In this document: positions 54,775 to 64,000 of the stretch, in pieces
How positions within the stretch are numbered: the stretch's first letter is position 1
Layout of the letters: the number at the start of each line of letters is the position of its first letter
DNA from: Candidatus Undivivens industriae
Lineage (GTDB): Bacteria > Omnitrophota > Gorgyraeia > Gygaellales > Profunditerraquicolaceae
Assembly (NCBI GenBank): GCA_012514745.1
Contig: JAAYZR010000020.1
Span: 13,293 to 77,292 of the forward strand
Direction of reading: 5' to 3'
Length of the DNA: 64,000 nt
Program-made: the position numbers and the translations under genes
Notes under the pieces: model-generated
Databases searched by the model: none
The model's input: only the letters and a program-made list of their open reading frames with translations
What the model was told of the DNA's origin: nothing

Positions 54775-55827
54775 TTAAAATTGTTTCAGGAACCTGACGT
54801 CATTCTGGAACAACAATCTTATATCGTCTATGCCGTATTTTAGCAGGGCTATCCGGTCCACCCCCATGCCGAAAGCAAACCCGCTGTATTTGGAGGGTTC
54901 GTAGCCTACATTCCTGAAAACGTTGGGATGTATCATCCCCGCCCCGAGGATCTCCAGCCAACCCTTCCTGCCGCAAAGCGGGCATCCTTTGCCCTTGCAT
55001 ATGATGCAGGAAACGTCCAGTTCTACAGACGGCTCCGTGAACGGAAAGAAGTGGGGACGGAAACGCATGCTGATTTCTTCCCCGAATATGCCGCGTGCGA
55101 AAGATTCCAGAACTCCCTTCAGGTGCGAAAAGTTCACGTTCCTGTCCACCAGGAAGCCTTCGATTTGATTGAACATGAAGGAATGGCTGGCGTCCACGGC
55201 GTCCGGACGATAGACCCTGCCTGGCACAACGACCGCCACCGGCGGCCTGCGTGAACGCATTACCCTTATTTGCATCGGAGAGGTATGGCTTCTCAAAAGG
55301 AGCTTGCCGTCTTTCTCTTCCAGGATACCGCCGCCGGGAGCCTTGAGATAGAATGTGTCGAAATTGTCGCGCGAAGGGTGTTCCAGCGGTATATTCAGCC
55401 CGCTGAAATTATTGAATTCGTTTTCTATCTCCGGGCCTTCCTCCACGGAAAACCCCATTCTGGCGAAGAGACCGGTGACCTCCTCCGCCACCTGGGTGAT
55501 CAGATGAATGCTCCCCGCGGGCTGTCCAACGCCGGGCATACTGATGTCAACTCCCGCCGCGGCTCCCCCGGCGGAAGAGGACGCGGTTCCGGAAGCCTGT
55601 TTCCGCTCGAACGCGGCGAGCAGGGCGCCTTTCAGGGCGTTGACCTTTTTACCGAAAGCCGCGCGTTCTTCCGGCGCAAGAGAAGGGATCTCGGAGGTAA
55701 GGCCGGCGAGAACCCCCTTCCTGCCCAGATATTTATTGCGCAGTTCTTCCAACGCCTGTCCGGAAGAAACGACGGTTATCTCTTCTTCCGCAGTCTTCCG
55801 TAAAGCATCGATATCAATAGCAGACAT
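54775..55827 (-). CDS. pheS: Phenylalanyl-tRNA synthetase alpha subunit
   Basis: Class II motifs (HPSRD, FRPHFFPFTEPS, GAGMIHP). Confidence 0.95.
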   Translation of the reverse strand: MSAIDIDALRKTAEEEITVVSSGQALEELRNKYLGRKGVLAGLTSEIPSLAPEERAAFGKKVNALKGALLAAFERKQASGTASSSAGGAAAGVDISMPGVGQPAGSIHLITQVAEEVTGLFARMGFSVEEGPEIENEFNNFSGLNIPLEHPSRDNFDTFYLKAPGGGILEEKDGKLLLRSHTSPMQIRVMRSRRPPVAVVVPGRVYRPDAVDASHSFMFNQIEGFLVDRNVNFSHLKGVLESFARGIFGEEISMRFRPHFFPFTEPSVELDVSCIICKGKGCPLCGRKGWLEILGAGMIHPNVFRNVGYEPSKYSGFAFGMGVDRIALLKYGIDDIRLLFQNDVRFLKQF

Positions 55828-56285
55828 ATTGCCCCCGCTAACAAAACAGCCATTTTCTTCGCGGCAGGGCAGATTGATTCTTCCCTGGCCGCGCTCTTAA
55901 TTATCACGGTCACGCTGCCGGCGTGAATATCCATGTCGCCGCCGTGTCCAGGACAAGCCCGGTGGAATTCTCCGCTGACCCTTATTATATCTCCCTGTCT
56001 TTTATAGCCGCCGGCGGACAGGCCGGCGACATTCTCTGCGGCGGTAAAGACGCCTATGGCGGAGCGGCCGTCATTGACGTTAATCCAGGCGTAACGGCCC
56101 CGTTTCATTATATCACCGATGACCTCCCCTTCAAACGATATTGTGCGCCCGTCATAAAGCCCGGGATCGGAAAACAGGGCGGAAGAAGACACCGCCTCCG
56201 GACCGGCGCAGGCGCCCCGGCAAGGCGCGGCAAGTGCGGCCGAAAGAAAAAACAACACCGTCAGCGTTCTCAACGTAATCCGCAC
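55776..56285 (-). CDS. Secreted OB-fold (BOF/YgiW-like) protein with a C-terminal TM anchor and basic tail
   Basis: Signal peptide; TISFEGEVIGDI...WINVNDGRSAIGVF...GDIIRVSGEF...MDIHAGSVTVI resembles the YgiW OB-fold; it ends in a TM helix plus RLRKKR. Overlaps the pheS start by ~50 nt. Confidence 0.35.
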   Translation of the reverse strand: MRITLRTLTVLFFLSAALAAPCRGACAGPEAVSSSALFSDPGLYDGRTISFEGEVIGDIMKRGRYAWINVNDGRSAIGVFTAAENVAGLSAGGYKRQGDIIRVSGEFHRACPGHGGDMDIHAGSVTVIIKSAAREESICPAAKKMAVLLAGAICLLLISMLYGRLRKKR

Positions 56286-56286
56286 G

Positions 56287-57846
56287 TCATTTCCCCTTTA
56301 TCGCCGCCAGAAGGAAACCGGCCAGGGTAAAAACGGCAATAAACTCCAGCCTCCCGGCCCACATCTGGAAAATATAAACCACCTTGAGCGCCGCCGGCAT
56401 CCCGACGGATGTTATGCCGCAGGAAAGCCCGACGTTCGCCGCCGCCGAGGTCGATTCGAACAGCGACGGGATAAACCCAAATCCGCAAAGCATGCCGGCC
56501 AGCGTCCCGATACCGTAAAGAATAATATATGCCAGGGTGACCATCAGGGCGGCCCGCACGGTCTTGTCTTCCAGAAAAACCTCCTTGATATGATGGAACT
56601 TCTGCTCGACCATCGCCCTGGAAGGAAAGATGACTTTCTTTATGTCCTGAACGAACGCCTCGGCGATTATGCCGATGCGCAGCATCTTGATGCCGCCGGT
56701 GGTGGAAGAAACGGCGCCGCCCAGGGCCATGGCGCAGATCATGCCTACGAGAGCCAGGTCGCTCCATTCCTTGCCGATCTGCTCGGCGCAAACGGTCATG
56801 AACCCGGTGCCTGTATGCCCGGAGAGAAGTTGATAAAATCCTTTTCTTAACAAGAGCGGCGCTCCGGAAGCATAGGACGAACCGCCTACCTTAAGCCCGA
56901 CGGCGGTGACGGCAAAAGTTATCATGACGCTGATGAATAATACCCTCATCTCGATATTGCGCAGCAGTTCGCGGCGGTTCCCGGTCCACAAGTGATAATG
57001 CAGCCTGAAGTTGATCGCGCCCAGAACCATCAAAACCGCGGTGATTATCTCCATGCCGTAATTATGGTAATACAGCATGTTCTGGCTCTGGGGAGCGAAG
57101 CCTCCGGTGTCGAAGGCGGCCATGAAGATGCAGGCCCCGTGAAACAATGCGCGGCCGGGGTCCATGCCGTTTTTCATCCCAACGGCCCAGAGCGCGGCGG
57201 TGCCCAGCGCAAGATAAGTGAAGCTGACTCCCCAGATGAACCGCGCGGTATTGATCACGTTCGGCAGGACCCTTTCGTCGCGCGCCTCCCCGACATACAT
57301 GCGAAAAGCCCCGGAAAACCCTTTCACGAAGAAAGAAAGCGCGACGACCACTATCCCCTGCCCGCCGATGAACATTGTCAAATGCCGCCAGAGATTATGC
57401 GTGAGGGAAAGATGATCCAGGTCCTGCGCCAGAGATAATCCGGTGGTCGCGAAACCGGACATGCTCTCGAAACAGGCGTCGAGAAAAGAAATCCAGTGCC
57501 CGCTCAACCATAAAGGGATCGCGCCCAGGATCATCGCCGCCAGCCAGGACAAAGCCACCATGATCATTCCGTGCATCCAGTTCGGATCCAGGGAATCGAT
57601 GTTTTTTTCGTATGCCGGAGCTTTTTTCTTCCCCGATTCGTAGACGGCGCGGCAGACCTGCATCATAATCAGGCCGGAAACAAAAATTATCTCGATAGTT
57701 ATGAGAAAATCAAAGAAGGGGCCGCGTTCCCCGCAGAGGAACGAATATCCCAGCGGCAGCAGCATGGTCAGGCCGAGACCGAGTATTATCCTGGAGAGAT
57801 GATACCCGATAACCGCAATATCTTCGGCTCGCGGACGCAGTATCAT
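56287..57846 (-). CDS. trkH: Trk/Ktr-type potassium uptake protein, membrane subunit (TrkH)
   Basis: Polytopic with repeated selectivity-filter-like GxG segments; the likely start MILRPRAEDIAVIGY at 57846 is preceded by GGTGAAG. Confidence 0.85.
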   Translation of the reverse strand: MILRPRAEDIAVIGYHLSRIILGLGLTMLLPLGYSFLCGERGPFFDFLITIEIIFVSGLIMMQVCRAVYESGKKKAPAYEKNIDSLDPNWMHGMIMVALSWLAAMILGAIPLWLSGHWISFLDACFESMSGFATTGLSLAQDLDHLSLTHNLWRHLTMFIGGQGIVVVALSFFVKGFSGAFRMYVGEARDERVLPNVINTARFIWGVSFTYLALGTAALWAVGMKNGMDPGRALFHGACIFMAAFDTGGFAPQSQNMLYYHNYGMEIITAVLMVLGAINFRLHYHLWTGNRRELLRNIEMRVLFISVMITFAVTAVGLKVGGSSYASGAPLLLRKGFYQLLSGHTGTGFMTVCAEQIGKEWSDLALVGMICAMALGGAVSSTTGGIKMLRIGIIAEAFVQDIKKVIFPSRAMVEQKFHHIKEVFLEDKTVRAALMVTLAYIILYGIGTLAGMLCGFGFIPSLFESTSAAANVGLSCGITSVGMPAALKVVYIFQMWAGRLEFIAVFTLAGFLLAAIKGK

Positions 57847-57986
57847 ATCTTCACCAGCAGAACGATCACGCAGATAACCGCCGCGGCCAGCATAAGGGCG
57901 AAGGCGTAGGAAACCTCCCAAACGATACCCAGCATACTGTTAAAGATTTTATTCTTACTTTCCATACGAACGAATGCCTCCCGTTC

Positions 57987-58649
57987 TCAGAGCTTACCGG
58001 CAAGGAGCCTCAGCAATTGAGGTTCGTTCCCTATCGCGGTGATAGCGATCACGTCGTCCCCCGGCTGCAGAACGGTGGTCCCTCTGGGAACGATAACTTC
58101 CTCTTTTCTCAATATGGAAACCAGGACGGAATCGGCGGGCAGTTGGAGCTGGCTGACCTGTTTATTGATGACGGGAGAATCGCCCGGCAGGTCGACGCGC
58201 ACAAGAGCGAGCTTGCCGCGTTTGAAGCTCATCAGGTTCACGAAATCGGAAAAGGAGACCTCTTCCTCGATAATCTTGGCTATTATTTTCGTCGCGTCCA
58301 CCGGGACGTCAACGCCCAGCTTGAAAAAAGTGGACTCGTTGTCCGGATCGTTGATCCTGCCGACGGTGCGGTTTACTCCGAAACGTTCTTTGGCCAACTG
58401 GCAAATGACAAGGTTGTCCTCATCGTCGCCGGTGACCGCGGCCACGACGTCGGCGCGGGATATCCCCGCTTCCGACAGTATTTCCTGGTCGCAGCCGTCG
58501 CCGTTGATCGCCAGCACTTCCAGGCTCCGAGCCGTTTCCTCGCAAATATCCCGGTCGCTATCCACGATGGAAACGGTATGTCCGCTTTCGGAAAGCCTCC
58601 TGGCGAGGAAGTATCCTACTTTTCCGGCGCCTACTATAAGGATATACAT
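57987..58649 (-). CDS. trkA: Trk system NAD-binding regulatory subunit TrkA (RCK N+C)
   Basis: MYILIVGAGKVGYFLA Rossmann plus a TrkA-C domain. Confidence 0.85.
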   Translation of the reverse strand: MYILIVGAGKVGYFLARRLSESGHTVSIVDSDRDICEETARSLEVLAINGDGCDQEILSEAGISRADVVAAVTGDDEDNLVICQLAKERFGVNRTVGRINDPDNESTFFKLGVDVPVDATKIIAKIIEEEVSFSDFVNLMSFKRGKLALVRVDLPGDSPVINKQVSQLQLPADSVLVSILRKEEVIVPRGTTVLQPGDDVIAITAIGNEPQLLRLLAGKL

Positions 58650-58670
58650 AACTTTCTCCGGAAGAAAAGA

Positions 58671-59315
58671 CTAAAGCCCGAATTTCTCCTTGATGCTCTT
58701 AAGGCTGGCGACTTTTACCACCCCCGTGAGCGTATCGGTCTCATTCAGCACCAAAGACGGCTCTGGAATAACCACGCCTTCAAGATTGCGCAGAGCCACG
58801 ACCATGAACTCACCGGGGATGTTTATTTCCTTTATCGTCTTTCCGGCAAGGCCGTTCTTGGCCTCCAGTTCAAGCACGCCGAGTTCTTTTGTCTCTATCA
58901 AATAACTGGAGAAGCGGCTTTCTATTATTTTGTCGCGGAGCATCGCCGCAAAAAGCACGGTGCCGCTGATGATGTCCATCCCCAGCGCGGTGTAGATGTG
59001 CGCGCGCTGCGGGTCGTAAATCCTGGCGAGGACCTTCGGAACGTTGAAAATGCGTTTGGCCACCTGCGCGGCGATCAAATTGGTATTATCGCCGTTGGTC
59101 ACGGAACAGAAGGCATCGGCTTTTTCGATCCCGGCCTGCTTAAGCAAAGCCTGGTTGAAGCCGTTTCCGGAAAGTGTAAGGCCGTTGAAGGCGTCTCCCA
59201 GCCGGGAAAAAGCGGACTTGTTCTTGTCGATGATGACGACATTGTGCCCTTCTCCCGAAAGAAGCCTGGCCAACTCCGCGCCTACCCTGCCGCAACCGAC
59301 TATGATCACGTACAT
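58671..59315 (-). CDS. trkA: Trk system NAD-binding regulatory subunit TrkA, second paralog
   Basis: MYVIIVGCGRVGAELA plus a TrkA-C domain. Confidence 0.85.
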   Translation of the reverse strand: MYVIIVGCGRVGAELARLLSGEGHNVVIIDKNKSAFSRLGDAFNGLTLSGNGFNQALLKQAGIEKADAFCSVTNGDNTNLIAAQVAKRIFNVPKVLARIYDPQRAHIYTALGMDIISGTVLFAAMLRDKIIESRFSSYLIETKELGVLELEAKNGLAGKTIKEINIPGEFMVVALRNLEGVVIPEPSLVLNETDTLTGVVKVASLKSIKEKFGL

Positions 59316-59348
59316 TTTCTATCCCGGTAGTGGACTGAAAACGGATAC

Positions 59349-59696
59349 TTATGCTTTGGCGATTTTTATCAGTTCCTCAAAGGCCTTGGGATCGCGTATT
59401 GCCAGGTCTGAAAGGACTTTTCTGTCCAGTCCCACCTGCGCTTTTTTAAGGCCGTTTATGAATTCGTTGTATTTCATGCCGCAGGAACGGCAGGCGGCGT
59501 TAAGCCTGCTGATCCAGAGCCTTCGGAAATCGCGTTTGCGATTCTTCCTGTCGCGGTATTCATAGACCAGCGCGTGCATCACCGCCCGGCGGGCCTGTTG
59601 AAACTGCTTGCTGCGGTCTCCCCAATATCCTTCCGCCTGTTTTAATACTCTCTTTTTTCTTCTTCTTGTAGCAACACTGTGTTTCACTTTTGCCAT
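59349..59696 (-). CDS. rplT: 50S ribosomal protein L20
   Basis: MAKVKHSVATRRRKKRVLKQAEGYWG... Confidence 0.95.
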   Translation of the reverse strand: MAKVKHSVATRRRKKRVLKQAEGYWGDRSKQFQQARRAVMHALVYEYRDRKNRKRDFRRLWISRLNAACRSCGMKYNEFINGLKKAQVGLDRKVLSDLAIRDPKAFEELIKIAKA

Positions 59697-59762
59697 GACT
59701 AACCTCTCTCTTTTTACTGATATCCCGGTGCGACTCGCGGGAAAAACGCGCGCTGCCGGCCT

Positions 59763-59963
59763 CTATGCGTAAGGCAGCAGCCTTTTAAGATACTTCTCGT
59801 GCTTTCCCAGGCTTACGGTGTCCGACTCTCTGAGCTTCCGGACCCTGGACCTTTTCTTGTTTGTCAAAAGATGGCTCTTGTTGCACGGGGCGTATTTGAC
59901 CTTGCCCTTGGCGGTAACCTTGAACCTTTTGGCCACGCCCTTTTTAGTCTTTAATTTTGGCAT
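59763..59963 (-). CDS. rpmI: 50S ribosomal protein L35
   Basis: MPKLKTKKGVAKRFKVTAKGKVKY...; the track ORF carries a spurious N-terminal extension. Confidence 0.9.
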   Translation of the reverse strand: MPKLKTKKGVAKRFKVTAKGKVKYAPCNKSHLLTNKKRSRVRKLRESDTVSLGKHEKYLKRLLPYA

Positions 59964-60055
59964 TTCTCTTTCTCTCCTCATATTTACTTCCCGGACAAAA
60001 GACAAAAAGGCTTCTTGCCGTCCCGTCCTTGCCGGTGCTGCCCGTGTCACGCGGT

Positions 60056-60562
60056 CTATTTCGGGGCGATCACCATAGAAATAATCCTGCCTTCCATGGC
60101 AGCGCCTTTCTCCACTATACCGTCGTTCTGAGTGTCAACTACGAACTTATCGAGCAGTTTCCTGCCGATATCTATGTGTTCCATCTGCCTGCCGCGGAAA
60201 AAAAGATTGATCCTGACTTTGTTCTTGTCTTTCAGGAAATCCACCACTTGCTTCAGCTTGGTCTTGTAATCATGCTGGTCAATGTTCGGCTTAAGGCGGA
60301 TCTCCTTGAGACGGACCATCTTTTGATGTTTTTTCGCTTCCCGTTCTTTCTTCTCCTGGTCATATTTGAATTTGCTGAAATCTAAGATGCGGCAGACCGG
60401 AGGAACGGCGCCTGAAGCGACCTCTACCAGATCCAGCTCGCTTTGAGCGGCCAATTCCAGGGCTTTTTGTATCGAAACTATCCCGAGCTGATTCCCTTCC
60501 GGGCCTATCAGACGAACCTGCGAAGATCTTATTTTCTCGTTGATTCTGATGAACTTTTTTAT
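60056..60562 (-). CDS. infC: Translation initiation factor IF-3 with a probable non-canonical AUA start codon
   Basis: The reading frame continues upstream of the track ORF as (AUA)KKFIRINEKIRSSQVRLIGPEGNQLGIVSIQKALELAAQSELDLVEV...; AGGAGG lies 9 nt before the AUA; there is no in-frame ATG. Confidence 0.8.
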   Translation of the reverse strand: MKKFIRINEKIRSSQVRLIGPEGNQLGIVSIQKALELAAQSELDLVEVASGAVPPVCRILDFSKFKYDQEKKEREAKKHQKMVRLKEIRLKPNIDQHDYKTKLKQVVDFLKDKNKVRINLFFRGRQMEHIDIGRKLLDKFVVDTQNDGIVEKGAAMEGRIISMVIAPK

Positions 60563-60656
60563 TTTACCATCCCTCCTTCCCGCGGCCGTTGCGCGCCGGT
60601 TTCATGCCGCGCCCGACGACCACGCTGAATGTTTGGTTCCGCGCACCCGCGCGGAT

Positions 60657-62384
<1,728 letters not shown>

Positions 62385-62390
62385 AAATGA

Positions 62391-62467
62391 TGGTGGGCCC
62401 AAAGGGACTCGAACCCCTGACCTTCACGATGTCAACGTGACGCTCTAACCAACTGAGCTATGAGCCC
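62391..62467 (-). tRNA. tRNA-Val (anticodon GAC), CCA encoded
   Basis: GGGCUCAUAGCUCAGUUGGUUAGAGCGUCACGUUGACAUCGUGAAGGUCAGGGGUUCGAGUCCCUUUGGGCCCACCA; cloverleaf folded by hand. Confidence 0.9.
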
Positions 62468-62573
62468 GACTAAATTTGTTTCCCGCCGTGGATCTGATAA
62501 TCGAGAACTTCCAGCGAATCAAATCTCGATTGCTCCGTGCGCTGTTTAAAGAACGTATTTAACAGCGCACTAC

Positions 62574-62657
62574 TGCCGAGGAAGGGAGTTGAACCCTTAA
62601 GACCTTGCGGTCGCGGGATTTTAAGTCCCGTGCGTATGCCAATTTCGCCACCCCGGC
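62574..62657 (-). tRNA. tRNA-Leu (anticodon UAA), long variable arm, CCA not encoded
   Basis: GCCGGGGUGGCGAAAUUGGCAUACGCACGGGACUUAAAAUCCCG...GGUUCAACUCCCUUCCUCGGCA. Confidence 0.9.
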
Positions 62658-62676
62658 CCGGTACATTTGTTAAACC

Positions 62677-62751
62677 TGGAGGCGGCAAGCGGATTCGAAC
62701 CGCTGAATAGTGGTTTTGCAGACCACTGCCTTACCACTTGGCTATGCCGCC
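62677..62751 (-). tRNA. tRNA-Cys (anticodon GCA), CCA encoded
   Basis: GGCGGCAUAGCCAAGUGGUAAGGCAGUGGUCUGCAAAACCACUAUUCAGCGGUUCGAAUCCGCUUGCCGCCUCCA. Confidence 0.9.
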
Positions 62752-62771
62752 GCAATCTTCCGGGCGCCGTC

Positions 62772-63323
62772 TTAGCGGCTGGACAACAGACCGGCCTTGA
62801 CCTTCCCGACGATAACATCCACGTCCTCAAGGCAGCCGGTCCCTTTTTTCCCGCAGGCGAGCATGCCTTTTTTGGGCCCGATGAATTTATACCCGCATTC
62901 CTTCAGCCTGGCGATGTTCCCCTGCGTAATCCTATTCAAATACATATTCTCGTTCATCGCCGGGCAGAAAAAAACCGGAGCCCTGCTGGCGGCGATAACG
63001 CAACTTAACAGATCGTCGCAAATCCCGGCGGCTATCTTCCCGAGCAGATTGGCGGTCGCCGGCGCCACGAGTATTATGTCGGCTTTGTCCGCGAGGGAAA
63101 CGTGCTCGATCTCCCAGTCCTCCCCCCCGTCGAAAAGTTTATAATATACCTTATTCCCGCTTAAAGCCCGGAATAACAGCGGATTGATCAATCCGGCTGC
63201 CTCTTCGGTAAGCACCGGGATAACGTTGAAACCGGCTTCTTTCAGCCTGCGCACGATCTCGCATGCCTTATAGATTGCCGCGCCGGCCGTTATACCGAGA
63301 ATGACGTTCTTCCTACCCGCCAT
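62772..63323 (-). CDS. coaC: Phosphopantothenoylcysteine decarboxylase (stand-alone flavoprotein CoaC)
   Basis: ILGITAGAAIYK flavin-binding start, PAMN, conserved Cys (GMLACG); 183 aa with no CoaB domain attached. Confidence 0.8.
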   Translation of the reverse strand: MAGRKNVILGITAGAAIYKACEIVRRLKEAGFNVIPVLTEEAAGLINPLLFRALSGNKVYYKLFDGGEDWEIEHVSLADKADIILVAPATANLLGKIAAGICDDLLSCVIAASRAPVFFCPAMNENMYLNRITQGNIARLKECGYKFIGPKKGMLACGKKGTGCLEDVDVIVGKVKAGLLSSR

Positions 63324-63525
63324 TTTTTTCCGTCGCTACCTGTATTTTGCCGGCGGAGATCTCGGCCAGGGCTATGATGGAAGGCTTCAGATTGGCTGAA
63401 GTGACTTGTACCAGTTTCGGCTGGCCCTCGGAGATCTCAAGGGCCCTTTTGGAAGCCAGCACAACGAGCTTATATATCGAATTGTCTGTTTTCGCAACCA
63501 TACTCTGCACATCAAGATGTTCCAT
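63313..63525 (-). CDS. rpoZ: DNA-directed RNA polymerase subunit omega
   Basis: NSIYKLVVLASKRALEI. Confidence 0.8.
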   Translation of the reverse strand: MEHLDVQSMVAKTDNSIYKLVVLASKRALEISEGQPKLVQVTSANLKPSIIALAEISAGKIQVATEKNGG

Positions 63526-63528
63526 TCG

Positions 63529-64000
63529 TTAAACCTCTCCTTTTGCGCGCGTTACGCTGTTGCCGATGATCTTTTTTAAATCCTTTAACGCGTGTTCTAA
63601 ATCTCCGTTCACCACGCAATGGTCGTACCTGCCGCACAGCCGCATTTCGCGCTTCGCTTTCAGCATCCTCTTTCTTATCTCTTCTTCAGAGGTGCTGCTG
63701 CACCGGCCGCGGATCCTGCGCTCCAGCACCTGCAGGGAAGGCGGCCGGAGGAACACGCTCACGCTGCGGCGCGGATACGCCTTCTTCACCCGCATCGCGC
63801 CTTTGTGATCCAGGCACATCAAAAGATACTTACCCTTGTCTAAACAGCTCTCTACGAACTCTTTAGGCGTGCCGTAATAATACTCCAAATATTTTGTCCA
63901 TTCAAGGACTTTTTTATCCCTGCGCAGCCGCAAAAACTCTTCTCTGCCGACAAAAAAATAGTCTCTGCCGGGTTTTTCCGCCGAACGCGGCCTGCGGGTG
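63529..64000 (-). CDS. gmk: Guanylate kinase (C-terminal ~155 aa; N-terminus beyond window end)
   Basis: YYYGTPKEFVE...LDID-like KGA...PPS...LERR-R-R...E-I-KR; the frame stays open to the window edge (..YFFVGREEF). Confidence 0.85.
   Translation of the reverse strand, partial: TRRPRSAEKPGRDYFFVGREEFLRLRRDKKVLEWTKYLEYYYGTPKEFVESCLDKGKYLLMCLDHKGAMRVKKAYPRRSVSVFLRPPSLQVLERRIRGRCSSTSEEEIRKRMLKAKREMRLCGRYDHCVVNGDLEHALKDLKKIIGNSVTRAKGEV

Noticed and set aside
55776-56285. C-terminal TM plus RLRKKR tail of the hypothetical secreted protein considered as a PEP-CTERM/exosortase sorting signal
   Set aside because: No PEP (or VPEP) tripeptide precedes the helix. It is more simply a C-terminal membrane anchor.

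Overview
Nearly everything in this 64 kb window is coded on the minus strand; only one convincing gene (20824..21255) is on the plus strand. GC content is roughly 55-60 %, and the content suggests an anaerobic bacterium. Most of the window is core, housekeeping-type genes: a NikR-linked ECF nickel/cobalt transporter with hldD embedded, surE, groESL with a CIRCE operator, a speH-speE polyamine operon, zur-znuACB, a two-component signalling block, nitroreductases, guaD, gltX next to tRNA-Gln, a 4-subunit 2-oxoacid:ferredoxin oxidoreductase, dxs, xseAB, rny-ymdB, folate genes, rarA, the thrS-infC-rpmI-rplT...pheST operon interrupted by trkA/trkA/trkH, a tRNA-Val/Leu/Cys cluster, and coaC-rpoZ-gmk. 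Five regions look accessory or unusual. First, 3768..10080 holds a carbamoyltransferase, a PP-loop amidotransferase, two paralogous SGNH hydrolases each split by a ~300 aa TPR insertion, and an unannotated SxtK/DUF5989-like 53-aa ORF. Second, a SET-domain methyltransferase is translationally coupled to the polyamine operon. Third, a REP-associated tyrosine transposase carries a perfect REP-like hairpin in frame within its own coding sequence and a second copy 8 nt upstream of its start. Fourth, a low-GC islet (~33.9-37.1 kb) abuts the 3' end of tRNA-Gln and carries a HEPN / HTH-nucleotidyltransferase toxin-antitoxin pair, a nitroreductase and an ICMT-family methyltransferase. Fifth, a secreted GH39-like protein has its conserved acid/base motif WNEP replaced by WSAP. 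I found no CRISPR array. All calls rest on my own reading of the ORF translations and the DNA; no database searches were run.
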